DNA from: Pseudomonadales bacterium
GTDB taxonomy: Bacteria > Pseudomonadota > Gammaproteobacteria > Pseudomonadales > GM7GCV1
Direction of reading: 5' to 3'
NCBI GenBank assembly: GCA_965221105.1
Contig: OZ244871.1
Location: forward strand, 831,673-895,672
Length of the DNA stretch: 64,000 bases
Of the stretch, positions 40,474-51,603 are shown in pieces. Made by a program: the position numbers and the translations under genes. The notes beneath the pieces are model-generated. The model saw only the letters and a list, made by a program, of their open reading frames with translations. It searched no databases and was not told the DNA's origin. Numbering within the stretch: position 1 is the stretch's first letter; every line of letters starts with the position of its first letter.

Positions 40474-41470
40474 TCATCCAGAGTTCCAGTCCTCTACAGT
40501 GATTTTTCCAGCTGTGAGCGCCCTGAGTGTCCGTATGCCAGCCATGACCTCGACGGTGCCGAGCCAGAGGAGCTTGGTTCCGGGAACCGGCTGTCGTGTG
40601 CTTGGCTGAAAGCCGGCCAGCCTGCCCAGGTTCACCACATACTCACGGATGCTCAGATCAGGTGGTGCCCTGATCGGCATCTTCGGATACAGATCGTGCA
40701 GCAGCAGCTGACAGGTAGCGATCTCCTCAGGTTCGACGACCTCCCGAGCGGGCGTGTCGGGTTCGTGCTTCGCACGCCGCTGCAGATCGAACACGCGCCA
40801 GGCCGTCACCGCATCACAGGCCATGCACTTGAGCAGGGCCTCAGTATCATCGAACTGCCGCTTCTCGATCTCACAGCCGCTGTTCAGGACTCTGAAGTAC
40901 TCCTCAATGCCCCAGCGGGTCTCATACCAGCGGCAGATGCGCAGGGCCGTGTCGGCATCGACCTCCCCCTCGGTACACAGCAGCAGCCAGTTCACCGGCT
41001 CCCTGATCTGCTCGGGCGGGTCATCCTCAGTGATGGACACCGCGATCACCGGCAGACTGTCATGGCCGTGTCGTCCCCGCCGGTGCCTTCAGGTGAACGC
41101 GTGCAATCCGCAGCCCCACCTGATCGGCCAGCGCGTGCTGGCGCTCACACATCGCCCAGTCATCCCCCTCCCGGTCACAGACCGTCACCACCCGGGTCGG
41201 TGCCGGTACCGGAGCCTCGCCCTCAGCCATCAGCCTCCGGGTGTCAGCGCAGGCACTCGCCAGCTCCCCGGCCAGCTCCAGCCCCTCCACCCAGCGGACG
41301 GACTCTGTCAGCTGCGCATCATCTGCAGCACGGGCGCGGAAGTGACCGTCGATCTCCAGCACCCCAAGCACCCGGCTGCCAGTCTCTGAGAACGCCACAC
41401 TGGCATGGGCACAGATCCCCCGGGCCGTGCCACCGATGGAGGTCAGCCCCCTGGTCACCACGCTGTGCAA
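40474..41470 (-). pseudogene. IS4-family (Tn5-like) transposase, 5'-truncated and frame-broken
   Basis: ORF 40474..41049 has ..WYETRWGIEEYFRVLNSGCEIE..CMACDAVTAWRVFDL..PGTKLLW... ORF 41060..41470 has ..VVTVCDREGDDWAM.. in another frame. It is a paralog of the 9501..11667 gene. Confidence 0.75.
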
Positions 41471-41489
41471 TCCTGCAGATCCAGATGAG

Positions 41490-41627
41490 AGCCCGGATAT
41501 TTTCTTCGCTCAGCATGTGCTCGGGCACGCCAATATCCAGACCACACGAAATTACGTTGAGCCGCATGTGAGTTCCCGGCGGGAGTACATGGAGCGAATG
41601 CTTAACAGGAGAGGCTCACGTGGCTGA
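41490..41627 (+). pseudogene. tyrosine recombinase/integrase C-terminal stub
   Basis: ..DIFFAQHVLGHANIQTTRNYVEPH.. matches the conserved LGH..I.TT..Y catalytic-Tyr region. Everything upstream is replaced by the IS4 remnant. Confidence 0.55.
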
Positions 41628-41837
41628 GGCGGATCCTGCGTGAACTGCGCACAGCCCGTGAATTGACTGGAGCCGGGGATTGACGCGTCCCCTGTCAGGG
41701 TGAATACTCCCTCCCATACCATCATCCGGAACCCGCACAGGTCGAGCAGGCCGGACATTCGCTCCTGTGCGCGATGTCACGACGACCGGGCGCGGTATAG
41801 GCTTTTTGAACTCTGAACGGGAGGAATCACGCCATGC

Positions 41838-42020
41838 ATGAACGGTGAACGCAACATCGGCGACAGAATTGGCAGGTTTTTAGTCTTTGCAGTGCTGTCG
41901 TTCATCACATTTGGAATCTATCCGGTGTACTTTGTGGTGACTCGAATCGAGGAGCAGAATGTTCTGCTGGAGCAGATTCTGTCACAGGCCAGGCGCAACG
42001 AGAAAGAGTGGACGGATTGA
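41838..42020 (+). CDS. small membrane protein (DUF4234-like)
   Basis: 60 aa. FLVFAVLSFITFGIYPVYFVV hydrophobic hairpin. GGGAGGA lies 13 nt upstream of the ATG. Confidence 0.4.
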   Translation: MNGERNIGDRIGRFLVFAVLSFITFGIYPVYFVVTRIEEQNVLLEQILSQARRNEKEWTD

Positions 42021-42143
42021 GAAACGACTTAAAACGGACAGACAGGAGCATCAACCTCCTTCGGTGCAGCTCTCGCCATCCTCTTGCGCTCTACGCCAGA
42101 CTCGGAAGTACTCACGATTTCGCGCAACCCCTAATACTCATGC

Positions 42144-42494
42144 TCAAGCAGCACGCATATGCATATCCATGTGGATATCCAAGTAGGGACAGCACACTCT
42201 TCCAGAGTCGGTCCTCTCTATCAGACCCAATTCCAACAATACCTGGATATCATCATGCACGCGACGCACATCCCGCTCTATTGTGCGGGCAACCTCCCTG
42301 ACGCCCATCTCACCAGCGCCCTGTAACGCATTGACGAGCGCCCATCTCCTGGCAGTTAACTTGCCAAAAAATAATTCAGGGGATGCGAAACTGAGTTTCT
42401 CACCAAGCTTTTCTCCCTTGAAGGCCTGTTTGGCATTCTGTGCAAGTTGGCCTTTCCAATCAGGCTCGATAGTGATGGTTAAACTGCGGCTCAT
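42144..42494 (-). CDS. HTH DNA-binding protein, TumA-like putative antitoxin
   Basis: 116 aa. ..RRWALVNALQGAGEMGVREVARTIERDVRRVHDDIQVLLELGLIE is a wHTH. It starts 4 nt after the upstream gene. Confidence 0.55.
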   Translation of the reverse strand: MSRSLTITIEPDWKGQLAQNAKQAFKGEKLGEKLSFASPELFFGKLTARRWALVNALQGAGEMGVREVARTIERDVRRVHDDIQVLLELGLIERTDSGRVCCPYLDIHMDMHMRAA

Positions 42495-42497
42495 GGG

Positions 42498-42782
42498 TTA
42501 CCTCCGATTTTTCACCTCGCGAATAAAGTCTCCTATCACCTGGTCGACGCTCACAAACTTGTATGAAAATTCGTTTCCATCTAAATGACAATGATCACCT
42601 TTGCCACGTTCGTTATCGTATCCGACTACCCTTACCCCTTTCACTATATAGACCAATCGGTATTTTAAACGATGTTCACCAGGTGGCACTGGCTTCGGTA
42701 CGCGCCAGATCACCATCTCCAAGGTCTCTTCATCAGAAAGGATGTCTTTTCGCCTGAGCAGTAATTCAGCTTGAAGCGTCAT
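42498..42782 (-). CDS. TumE-like (DUF6516) putative toxin
   Basis: ..LEMVIWRVPKPVPPGEHRLKYRLVYIVKGVRVVGYDNERGKGDHCHLDG.. matches my memory of the DUF6516/TumE pattern. Start set at MTLQAELLL. Confidence 0.55.
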   Translation of the reverse strand: MTLQAELLLRRKDILSDEETLEMVIWRVPKPVPPGEHRLKYRLVYIVKGVRVVGYDNERGKGDHCHLDGNEFSYKFVSVDQVIGDFIREVKNRR

Positions 42783-43069
42783 GTTGTCAATTATGACAAC
42801 ATATGTGGTTCTGTCAACACAATTGCGCTCTGCGCCAGACATTAAAAGCGCGAAATGCAGCTGATACCAAAAGCCGAAGGCTCCGCATCAATAGCTTTAT
42901 GATGACGCAGTCCTGGACAGTTTTGTCCGCAGTGTATCTTCAAACACTATTGACTTACCGTCTGTCTGATGATGGTAATACACACGAAAATCGCACTTTC
43001 CTGTGTTTTATCGTACGCCTTGGCTGTCACACGCTGACAGAGTTACACCATGTCCTCTATACACCGAGC

Positions 43070-43209
43070 GCGACGGAATCAGCGCGATCAGCTCCTGACA
43101 CACCCCCGCCGTCGCCTTGGAACTGAAATATGCGGTGCCCATGGCCCTTCATGAAACGCACACATCATAGAATCGCCTCCCTATGACGTCAAGGGGGGTG
43201 AGTATTTAC
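43070..43209 (-). mobile_element. IS66-family left-end fragment (about 140 bp)
   Basis: The reverse complement GTAAATACTCACCCCCCTTGACGTCATAGG..GTGTGCGTTTCATGAAGGGCCATGGGCACC..TTCAGTTCCAAGGCGACGGCGGGGGTGTGTCAGG aligns with 38980..39115. Confidence 0.65.
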
Positions 43210-43296
43210 TGGAATTCTGCACTCCGGATCACCGATAATGCGGGTCCGATCCCGAACAGCACCTCATATATCCGCACCCAGGAGCGCTGCCCCGGG

Positions 43297-45051
43297 ATGC
43301 TGAACGCCTGCACACCAGAAATGTTACAACATCTACCACAACCCCTGTGCTTCCTGATGCTGGCCGTGCTGATGCCCCTATCAGCTGTCGCGCAGCCCCC
43401 TGGCGGGCGAACGGGCCTGGATCTGGACAGTTTCGCCAATTCGGAGTTTCTGCCTGTCAAACAAGCCTACAGCCCGGATGCCTGGTTTGAGGGCGAGGAC
43501 CTAGTCGTGCAGTGGACCATCGCACCGGGCTATTACCTGTACCGGGATCGTACCTTTTTTTCTGCATCTGACCTGACATTCGGTGAGCCGGTATTTGCCG
43601 AGGGACTGCTCATTGAAGATGAGTTCTTTGACACGCAGATGGTGGTCTACTACGGAGAAACCCGGATGCGATTGCCCGATATTGCCGGACAGGGTCTGGT
43701 GACAATCGAGGCCCAGGGTTGTGCCGACGCAGGGCTGTGCTATCCACCCACCGATTTCTGGCTGGAGGTGGATACGGCTGCGCAGACCCTGATCTATCAT
43801 CAGGAGCAGCCGGACGGTCTGGCACTGAGCGACGGCACTGCCACGCACGGTGCCGCTCAAACGCCCATGTATCTGTGGCTGGCGCTGATCATGGCCTTTA
43901 CGGGAGGTCTGATCCTAAACCTCATGCCCTGTGTGTTTCCCGTCCTTGCGATCAAGGCCCTCAAGATAGTCAGCAGTTCTGAAAACCTTGCCCACAGGGC
44001 AGGTGAAGCCGGAGCCTATACAGCAGGCGTTCTCGTCACTGTACTCAGCATGGCGGGCATTCTGATCGCGCTGCGCGCTGGCGGCACCCAGATCGGCTGG
44101 GGGTTCCAGCTTCAATCCCCGGAGATTGTCTTCCTGCTTACCCTGCTGTTTTTTGTGATTGGTTTGAGTTTTTCAGGTTGGATACAGATTGGGACCAAAC
44201 TCATGGGAACAGGCCAGAGCCTCACTGAAGATGGCAAGCCGCTGGCCTCCTTCTGTACCGGAGCGCTTGCCATGGTCGTCGCCAGCCCCTGCTCTGCTCC
44301 CTTCATGGCAGCGGCGCTTGGTTATGCCATTGGTCAACCGGCTCTGATTTCACTGGCGGTCTTTGCCAGCCTCGGCCTGGGCGTGGCCACGCCGCTGATT
44401 CTGCTCTACCTGATACCTGGTGTAGCTTCATTTCTGCCCAGGGCCGGTGCCTGGATGGAAACGCTCAAGCAGTTCCTGGCGTTTCCGATGTACCTGACCT
44501 GCGTCTGGCTGATTTGGGTGCTGACCGCCCAGGTTGGCACGACCGGTGCTGCCCTGGTTCTGGCATCCCTGTGCCTGGTCGCCATGGCAGCCTGGGCCCA
44601 CAATCTGCCGCGAGGGTCTCGTACCTGGCTATTCAGAATCATGACCCTGCTGTGTCTGGGCTGCGCCGTTGTCCTCGCATCGGCAGGACTTGCGCAGGAA
44701 AAGGACTCTCCAGCCGGGTCCACGACACCATTTGTGCTGGCTGACCTTGATCGCCTGGTCGGGGGTGATCGGGCCGTATTTCTGGATGTGACCGCCGACT
44801 GGTGCATCACCTGCAAGTTCAATGAGGCGCGGGTATTGGAGCATTCAGAGGTCAAGGCTCTTTTTCAGAGCCAATCCGTGGCCTATGTGGTCGCCGACTG
44901 GACCAACGGAAATCCCGATATCAGTGCCCTGCTAGACCGCTATCAGCGGGTGGGTATTCCCCTGTATCTCTACTTTCCGGCAGGACAGAGAACACCCGAG
45001 ATTCTGCCGCAGATTCTGACCAGGGAGATGCTGCGGGAACTGCTGATGTAA
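43297..45051 (+). CDS. dsbD: thiol:disulfide interchange protein DsbD
   Basis: N-terminal periplasmic domain, central multi-TM core with ..LMPCVFPVL.., and a C-terminal thioredoxin-like domain with WCITC. Confidence 0.9.
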   Translation: MLNACTPEMLQHLPQPLCFLMLAVLMPLSAVAQPPGGRTGLDLDSFANSEFLPVKQAYSPDAWFEGEDLVVQWTIAPGYYLYRDRTFFSASDLTFGEPVFAEGLLIEDEFFDTQMVVYYGETRMRLPDIAGQGLVTIEAQGCADAGLCYPPTDFWLEVDTAAQTLIYHQEQPDGLALSDGTATHGAAQTPMYLWLALIMAFTGGLILNLMPCVFPVLAIKALKIVSSSENLAHRAGEAGAYTAGVLVTVLSMAGILIALRAGGTQIGWGFQLQSPEIVFLLTLLFFVIGLSFSGWIQIGTKLMGTGQSLTEDGKPLASFCTGALAMVVASPCSAPFMAAALGYAIGQPALISLAVFASLGLGVATPLILLYLIPGVASFLPRAGAWMETLKQFLAFPMYLTCVWLIWVLTAQVGTTGAALVLASLCLVAMAAWAHNLPRGSRTWLFRIMTLLCLGCAVVLASAGLAQEKDSPAGSTTPFVLADLDRLVGGDRAVFLDVTADWCITCKFNEARVLEHSEVKALFQSQSVAYVVADWTNGNPDISALLDRYQRVGIPLYLYFPAGQRTPEILPQILTREMLRELLM

Positions 45052-45136
45052 ACACCGTACACCGAATCCCGGCACCAGGACTGCCGGGGCGTGTCAGGAC
45101 TCGATGAAGTCTCGCAGGGCGGTGCTGGGGGGTAGC

Positions 45137-45547
45137 TCAGCTGCGCTTTGGCTTGACGTACAGTACCAGTGAATGCCCAACCAGTTCATAGCCCTTGGAT
45201 GCCACCACTTCCTTCTGCAGTTCCTCGATCTCGTCGTTGTGAAACTCAATAACCGTGCCGGTCTCGGTACATACCATGTGGTCATGATGCTCACCCCGGT
45301 TGATCTCAAAGAGCGCCTTTCCACCCTCAAAATTGTGGCGCAGTACAAGATCCGCCTGCTCGAACTGGGTCAGCACTCTGTAGACAGTAGCCAGTCCAGT
45401 CTGCTCTCCTTCCTCCAGAAGCCGCTGGTATATGTCCTCCGCGCTCAGGTGTCCATCTTCGGCATTTTCGAGCAGTTCAAGGATTTTTACACGCGGCATG
45501 GTGACCTTGAGGCCTGCCTTGCGCAGTTCACGATTTTCGTTGCCCAT
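45137..45547 (-). CDS. fur: ferric uptake regulator
   Basis: LRKAGLKVTMPRVKILELL..HLSAEDIY..GLATVYRVLTQFE..HHDHMVC.. are classic Fur motifs. Confidence 0.95.
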   Translation of the reverse strand: MGNENRELRKAGLKVTMPRVKILELLENAEDGHLSAEDIYQRLLEEGEQTGLATVYRVLTQFEQADLVLRHNFEGGKALFEINRGEHHDHMVCTETGTVIEFHNDEIEELQKEVVASKGYELVGHSLVLYVKPKRS

Positions 45548-45613
45548 ATGCGACTTCTTCTGAAACTCGGGTTCAAGTATTATGCGCGATACGCCATCGA
45601 ATGGAACCCTCAA

Positions 45614-45961
45614 ATGAATTACAAGGCCCTGTTACTGGCCATATTTTTGCCCTTGCTCACCAGTTGCAGCGATTTCGCTTTCTTTCCCGGTATTCATACA
45701 GTCGATGTCCAGCAGGGTAACATCATCAATCAGAGTATGGTGGACCAGTTGAAACCGGGCATGAGCAAGGCTCAGGTCCGGTTTGTGCTGGGAACGCCTT
45801 TGATCGCCGATACCTTTGACCAGGATCGGTGGGACTATTTCTATTCACTGGAGGACAGTGACGAAGAGGTGTCCACAGTGCAGTTCTCGGTGTTCTTCTT
45901 CGATGACCAGCTTGATTCGTTCGAGGGAAATCTCGCGCCCCTCAGCCAGGACGGCGGTTAG
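45614..45961 (+). CDS. bamE: outer membrane protein assembly factor BamE (OmlA/SmpA)
   Basis: Lipobox LLTSC, then ..VDVQQGNIINQSMVDQLKPGMSKAQVRFVLGTPL..D.F..DRWDY. Divergent from fur, as in many gammaproteobacteria. Confidence 0.85.
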   Translation: MNYKALLLAIFLPLLTSCSDFAFFPGIHTVDVQQGNIINQSMVDQLKPGMSKAQVRFVLGTPLIADTFDQDRWDYFYSLEDSDEEVSTVQFSVFFFDDQLDSFEGNLAPLSQDGG

Positions 45962-45985
45962 TATTTCAGATGCCCACTAGCCGGA

Positions 45986-46318
45986 TCACCTTGCATCCTT
46001 GGCAGCGCGACGTTCTGCTGCCTCTGCAGCACGCTGCTTTCTGATCTCCTTGGGATCGGCAATCAGCGGACGATATATTTCCACGCGATCGCCTTCGTTC
46101 AATATATAGGCCTCTGGCCGCGGCATACCCCTGGATCCGAGAGCATTTCCGAAAATGCCCTTGGGCGATCCGGCTACATCCAGGCCAGGAAATTCCCTGT
46201 CGATCCCGGACAATTCCGCAGCTTTGGCAGCCGTGGTCCCGACATCGACCTCAAGCGCGACAATTTTCTGCTTCCGGGGGGTGGCGTACGCCACCTCAAC
46301 CCGTATTTTCTCGGTCAT
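45986..46318 (-). CDS. rnfH: RnfH-family ubiquitin-like protein
   Basis: IRVEVAYA.P.KQ....L.V..G.T...A...SGI...FP....... L.EGDRVEIYRPL..DPKE.R pattern. Confidence 0.8.
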   Translation of the reverse strand: MTEKIRVEVAYATPRKQKIVALEVDVGTTAAKAAELSGIDREFPGLDVAGSPKGIFGNALGSRGMPRPEAYILNEGDRVEIYRPLIADPKEIRKQRAAEAAERRAAKDAR

Positions 46319-46753
46319 CTAGCTGCTGCTCCCATATCTCCGCCGCGCTTCCGTGGCGATTGAATCGACCAGTGAATCCGCGGCCTCGCTGACGGCCTGT
46401 TCCAGTAGAGCCTGCAAAACGCCACCCATTTCCAGATCCAATGTGAAACTCACCTTGCATCCAACATCACCCAGGGTCTGAATCTTCCACTGGCCACTCA
46501 GTGCCTCCATGGGGCCTTCGAGCAATTCGAGCCTGATGCCCCAAGGGGGATCCAGATGGTTACGCGATGTAAAGCTTCGCTGCCAGCCACCCCAGCGTAT
46601 GTCCAGACGTGCCTCCATCACATCCTCGCCGCAATGCAGTATTTTTGACCCTGCACAACCGTCGAAATAGTCGGGATAAGACTCGATATCATTAATCACA
46701 TCAAAAATCTGGTCCGCCCGGTGGGGCAGCAGGGCGGACTTGAAGACGTGCAT
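46319..46753 (-). CDS. ratA: SRPBCC-fold RatA/Coq10-like protein
   Basis: SALLPHRADQIFDVINDIESYPDYF... Start set at MHVFKS. Adjacent to rnfH, as is usual. Confidence 0.8.
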   Translation of the reverse strand: MHVFKSALLPHRADQIFDVINDIESYPDYFDGCAGSKILHCGEDVMEARLDIRWGGWQRSFTSRNHLDPPWGIRLELLEGPMEALSGQWKIQTLGDVGCKVSFTLDLEMGGVLQALLEQAVSEAADSLVDSIATEARRRYGSSS

Positions 46754-46785
46754 TACCAAAACCGCTGGAGGAACCAGCTCGCCCT

Positions 46786-48144
46786 TCAGGAAAAGATGTT
46801 CATAGCGGCGATCACAAGGATCAGCAGCGGTGAGATCCACATCAGGACAGAGCGCCAGAGTGAAAAAACCCTGCCGCTGATATCCAGGGCACTGAGCAGT
46901 TCAGACTTGCGGCTGAGATGGCCGACAAAAACAGCCATGAGAACACCGCCAAGCGGCAACATAATATTGGCAGTCACATAGTCAGACAGTTCGAACCAAT
47001 TGTGGCCGAACACCCTGGGGGCATCGCTCCAGATGTTAAATGACAGCGCTGAACCGACGCCAATGGCCCAACAGAGCGTGCCCAGCAAGAGCCCGGCCTG
47101 CAGCCGTGTGGCCCGACCCGTGTCGACCATCCAGGCCACGGCTGGCTCGATCAGGGAAATAGCTGAAGTCCAGGCTGCGATTGATACCAGCGCAAAAAAC
47201 AGGGTGCCAAAAAAAATGCCTGCCGGCATGGATCCAAAGGCAACCGGCAGGCTCACAAACAGAAGACCCGCCCCCTGGGCAGGCTCAATATCCGGGCTGG
47301 CGAATACTATGGGGAATATGGCCATGCCGGCAACGAGCGCGACAGAGGTATCCATGATGGCTACCACCAGAACAGTTCTTGCGATGGGGGCATGCTCTGG
47401 CATGTAGGAGCCATATGCCATGATGGCACCCATGCCAAGACTCAGCGTAAAGAACGCATGACCCAGGGCTTCCAACACCGAGTCCATTGACAGCCGACTG
47501 AAATCGAAGAAAAACAGGTACTCCAACGCCTGAGTGAATTCACCTTCCACTATGGAAAAACTCAACAGAATCAACAGGAGTACGAAGAGAACCGGCATCA
47601 GGATCTCCACTGCCTTGCCCAGCCCTCGGGTAACCCCTGTGATCACCACAGCCATGGTCATCACCATGAAGAAACTGTGCCAGCCAAGCAACACGTCCGG
47701 TCGCGCCAGGTGGCGGGCAAAGACCGCGTTTGATCCCGCTCCATCGACACCTGTAAAGGTACCCGCAAGCATCTTGGGCAGATAGGCCAGAGCCCAACCT
47801 GCCACGACGCTGTAGTAGGACAGGATTACGACACCCGCCACTACACCCATGGCACCAAGCCAACGCCAGTGGTGCGACAGACCCGACTCGGCGGCAAGTT
47901 TCTGCACTGCCAGCACGGGGGAGGTGCGGGCCCGTTTGCCCATATATACCTCAGCGATCATCACCGGTATACCTGCCAGAAGTATGCAGATCAGATAGAG
48001 AGCGACAAAGGCACCACCACCGTTCTCACCGGTGATGTAGGGGAATTTCCAGATATTCCCCAAACCGACAGCGGAACCTGTAGCAGCCAGGATAAAGGTC
48101 AGCCTGTTGGACCAGGTCGCCCGAGGCACTGTGCGTGTCGACAT
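46786..48144 (-). CDS. sodium-dependent transporter (neurotransmitter:sodium symporter, SNF family)
   Basis: WSNRLTFILAATGSAVGLGNIWKFPYITGENGGGAFV is the NSS signature. About 12 TMs. Confidence 0.85.
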   Translation of the reverse strand: MSTRTVPRATWSNRLTFILAATGSAVGLGNIWKFPYITGENGGGAFVALYLICILLAGIPVMIAEVYMGKRARTSPVLAVQKLAAESGLSHHWRWLGAMGVVAGVVILSYYSVVAGWALAYLPKMLAGTFTGVDGAGSNAVFARHLARPDVLLGWHSFFMVMTMAVVITGVTRGLGKAVEILMPVLFVLLLILLSFSIVEGEFTQALEYLFFFDFSRLSMDSVLEALGHAFFTLSLGMGAIMAYGSYMPEHAPIARTVLVVAIMDTSVALVAGMAIFPIVFASPDIEPAQGAGLLFVSLPVAFGSMPAGIFFGTLFFALVSIAAWTSAISLIEPAVAWMVDTGRATRLQAGLLLGTLCWAIGVGSALSFNIWSDAPRVFGHNWFELSDYVTANIMLPLGGVLMAVFVGHLSRKSELLSALDISGRVFSLWRSVLMWISPLLILVIAAMNIFS

Positions 48145-48247
48145 GAGTTCTCCCGTCTGTCGTGGTGTTGTGTTTCCTGAAAGAATACCAGCGACTGGTC
48201 GCACTGCGCGAGCAGTCCCGGATCAAACCCCTCATACCATGACGTGA

Positions 48248-49555
<1,308 letters not shown>

Positions 49556-50752
49556 TTATGTGAAGTCGACAAGCACCCAGGAACCCTCTCGCTCGATTAG
49601 CTGCTGCTCACAGGTGTATTCGGAGCGGTAGGGTTCCTCGGTCGCATAACCGAGCTGCACGCGATAACCCTGTTCGCGCAGTTCCCCAACCCGATTCCAG
49701 AAAGCACGCCTCGATGCCCCAATAGCGGGCACAGCTGCGTAGATCGCCTGGGGCCTTGACTGCTCGGTTTTCATAAGGCTCGCCAGCACACGCAAGTCAG
49801 CACTGAAGCCAGTTGCAGGACGCGACCGGCCAAAGGCGGCACCGACTTCGTTATAGCGCCCACCGTTTGCAACCATCACCGGCACATCGTCCAGTTCACA
49901 ATAGGCCCTGAAGATCAGTCCCGAATGATAGTCACTGACATGAATTTCACCCGGATTGAAGAACAGCCTGACCTGCGGATACATACCTCCGATACGATCA
50001 GCCAGCAGCGCCATTTCATCCAGAGACTGCACGATCAGCGCATCCTGGGAAAACAGTCTGCCAGCCTCCTCCAGAATGGACACACCCCCCATGAGCCGGG
50101 GCAGGTGCCCAAGTTTTTTGGCAGTCGCGGAATCGATTCCCGAGCGATCCAGGCAGCTGTCCAGTTCGGGCAGGCGCTTGGTACCGATCAGTTGCAGCAG
50201 CAGTTCCGAATCCAGACCGGCCATCTGCGCTTTTTCCTCCACCCACGAACGCACGGACTGGTGTGATACCTCCAGGGTAACGCCCTGGTTGTGCGCTGTC
50301 TCCAGCGCGGTCAGCATCAGCGCGACAATTTCAAAATCCGCATCAATCTCGTCAACGCCAAAGAGCTCTGCGCCGACCTGAATTGGTGCCCGATGGGCAT
50401 GTGCACCTTGCGGATTGGCCCGCACGACGGTGCCAGCATAGCAGAGCCTGTTGGCACCCAGGTATCCGAGGCTGTGAGCATCAATCCTGGCGACCTGTGG
50501 CGAAATATCCGCACGCAGACCAAGAGTTTGTCCCGACTGGCTGTCACTGAACTGAAATGTCTGCTGATCGAGATTCTCGCCCAGACCGGTCAGGAGGGAG
50601 TCAGTAAACTCCACTATTGGAGGGATCGCCAGATCGTATCCCCAAGCGTCAAACAGATCCAGCAGCTTGCGTCTCAGGGCTTCAAGCGCCCGGGCATCAT
50701 CGGCGACAAGTTCATCAATTCCGTTGGGCAGCAACCACCGATTTTTGGCCAT
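49556..50752 (-). CDS. hisZ: ATP phosphoribosyltransferase regulatory subunit
   Basis: 398-aa HisRS-like paralog (WLLPNGIDELV..) located upstream of purA, the usual hisZ position. Confidence 0.85.
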   Translation of the reverse strand: MAKNRWLLPNGIDELVADDARALEALRRKLLDLFDAWGYDLAIPPIVEFTDSLLTGLGENLDQQTFQFSDSQSGQTLGLRADISPQVARIDAHSLGYLGANRLCYAGTVVRANPQGAHAHRAPIQVGAELFGVDEIDADFEIVALMLTALETAHNQGVTLEVSHQSVRSWVEEKAQMAGLDSELLLQLIGTKRLPELDSCLDRSGIDSATAKKLGHLPRLMGGVSILEEAGRLFSQDALIVQSLDEMALLADRIGGMYPQVRLFFNPGEIHVSDYHSGLIFRAYCELDDVPVMVANGGRYNEVGAAFGRSRPATGFSADLRVLASLMKTEQSRPQAIYAAVPAIGASRRAFWNRVGELREQGYRVQLGYATEEPYRSEYTCEQQLIEREGSWVLVDFT

Positions 50753-50763
50753 GATCAGGACAC

Positions 50764-50985
50764 TTACAGAAGGTACAGAAAAAAGAGGCCCAAGAGCATC
50801 GAGATCAGGCCTGCCAGGCGCAGGGCGCGGTCATCCGTCCGGGACACCAGATCCAGCATGGAACGCCATCGGCCCGGGTATAAAAACGGCATGATCCCCT
50901 CAATTATCAGCAGCAGGCAGAATGCACGCGCCAGCTCAACCCAGATTGTGTCCACGCTTGACTCCCGACGTTCAGGCACAATCAT
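50764..50985 (-). CDS. DUF2065 small membrane protein (YjeT-like)
   Basis: ..LLLIIEGIMPFLYPGRWRSML......DDRALRLAGLISMLLGLFFLYL is the DUF2065 pattern. Only the last about 70 codons of ORF 50764..51192 are credible, and the start is uncertain. Confidence 0.6.
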   Translation of the reverse strand: MIVPERRESSVDTIWVELARAFCLLLIIEGIMPFLYPGRWRSMLDLVSRTDDRALRLAGLISMLLGLFFLYLL

Positions 50986-51371
50986 TGTGCACAAAAAAGC
51001 CGGAGTTCTCCCCGGCCTGGGGATTCTATCACGGCGAATCCACACACCGATAGCCTGCCTGCCTGGGCACATAAGCCTGAAGCAGTGTTCTTGCATCGGA
51101 GCGGTATAGTTGATCGAGACAGTGCTGTTGCCTGCAGCAAAGAATCGCAGCCCTGCACGCCCGATTGGTCTTGTTTTAAATGCGTTGATCACCCGGCATC
51201 TCTCTCAAGGGCGTATCCTGGGGTAGGACTGGGGCACGCCCTGGATCGCCGTCCCTGGTGAAGCCAAAAGTGAGTGCGGGTTTTTCGGATTCCCGAAGTC
51301 TGGTCAGGGTCCTCATCTTGGAGGGTGACTCTGAACAACCTGGTTAAAGGAGCACATTGCACTCTGTCTGT

Positions 51372-51577
51372 TCAAGCAGGCGAGTAAGGATCGACCACTA
51401 TTCCATCCGCCTTTGAACGCATGCGAATCACATCATGCCAAGCCTGCATTTTCAACAACAAATCCATGCTTGCACCGAACCACTTTTCGAAACGCAGGGC
51501 CATCTCCGGGAAATGCTCAGACGCAGTTCCCCAATCACCTCATCACGAATGAAGAATCCGGGATGGGAAGGGGTCAT
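51372..51577 (-). pseudogene. higA-like antitoxin remnant (internal deletion/frameshift removes the HTH)
   Basis: MTPSHPGFFIRDEVIGELRLS.. then a shifted frame ..EMALRFEKWFGASMDLLLKMQAWHDVIRMRSK... These are the N- and C-terminal pieces of a HigA-type antitoxin without the middle. Confidence 0.55.
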
Positions 51578-51603
51578 TGCCACTTTGAGGGGTTTATCGC
51601 TGA

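Noticed and set aside
45173-45613. N-terminal 147 codons of ORF 45173..45961
   Set aside because: This part is antisense to fur. Only the part from the ATG at 45614 onward (BamE, with its lipobox) is real.
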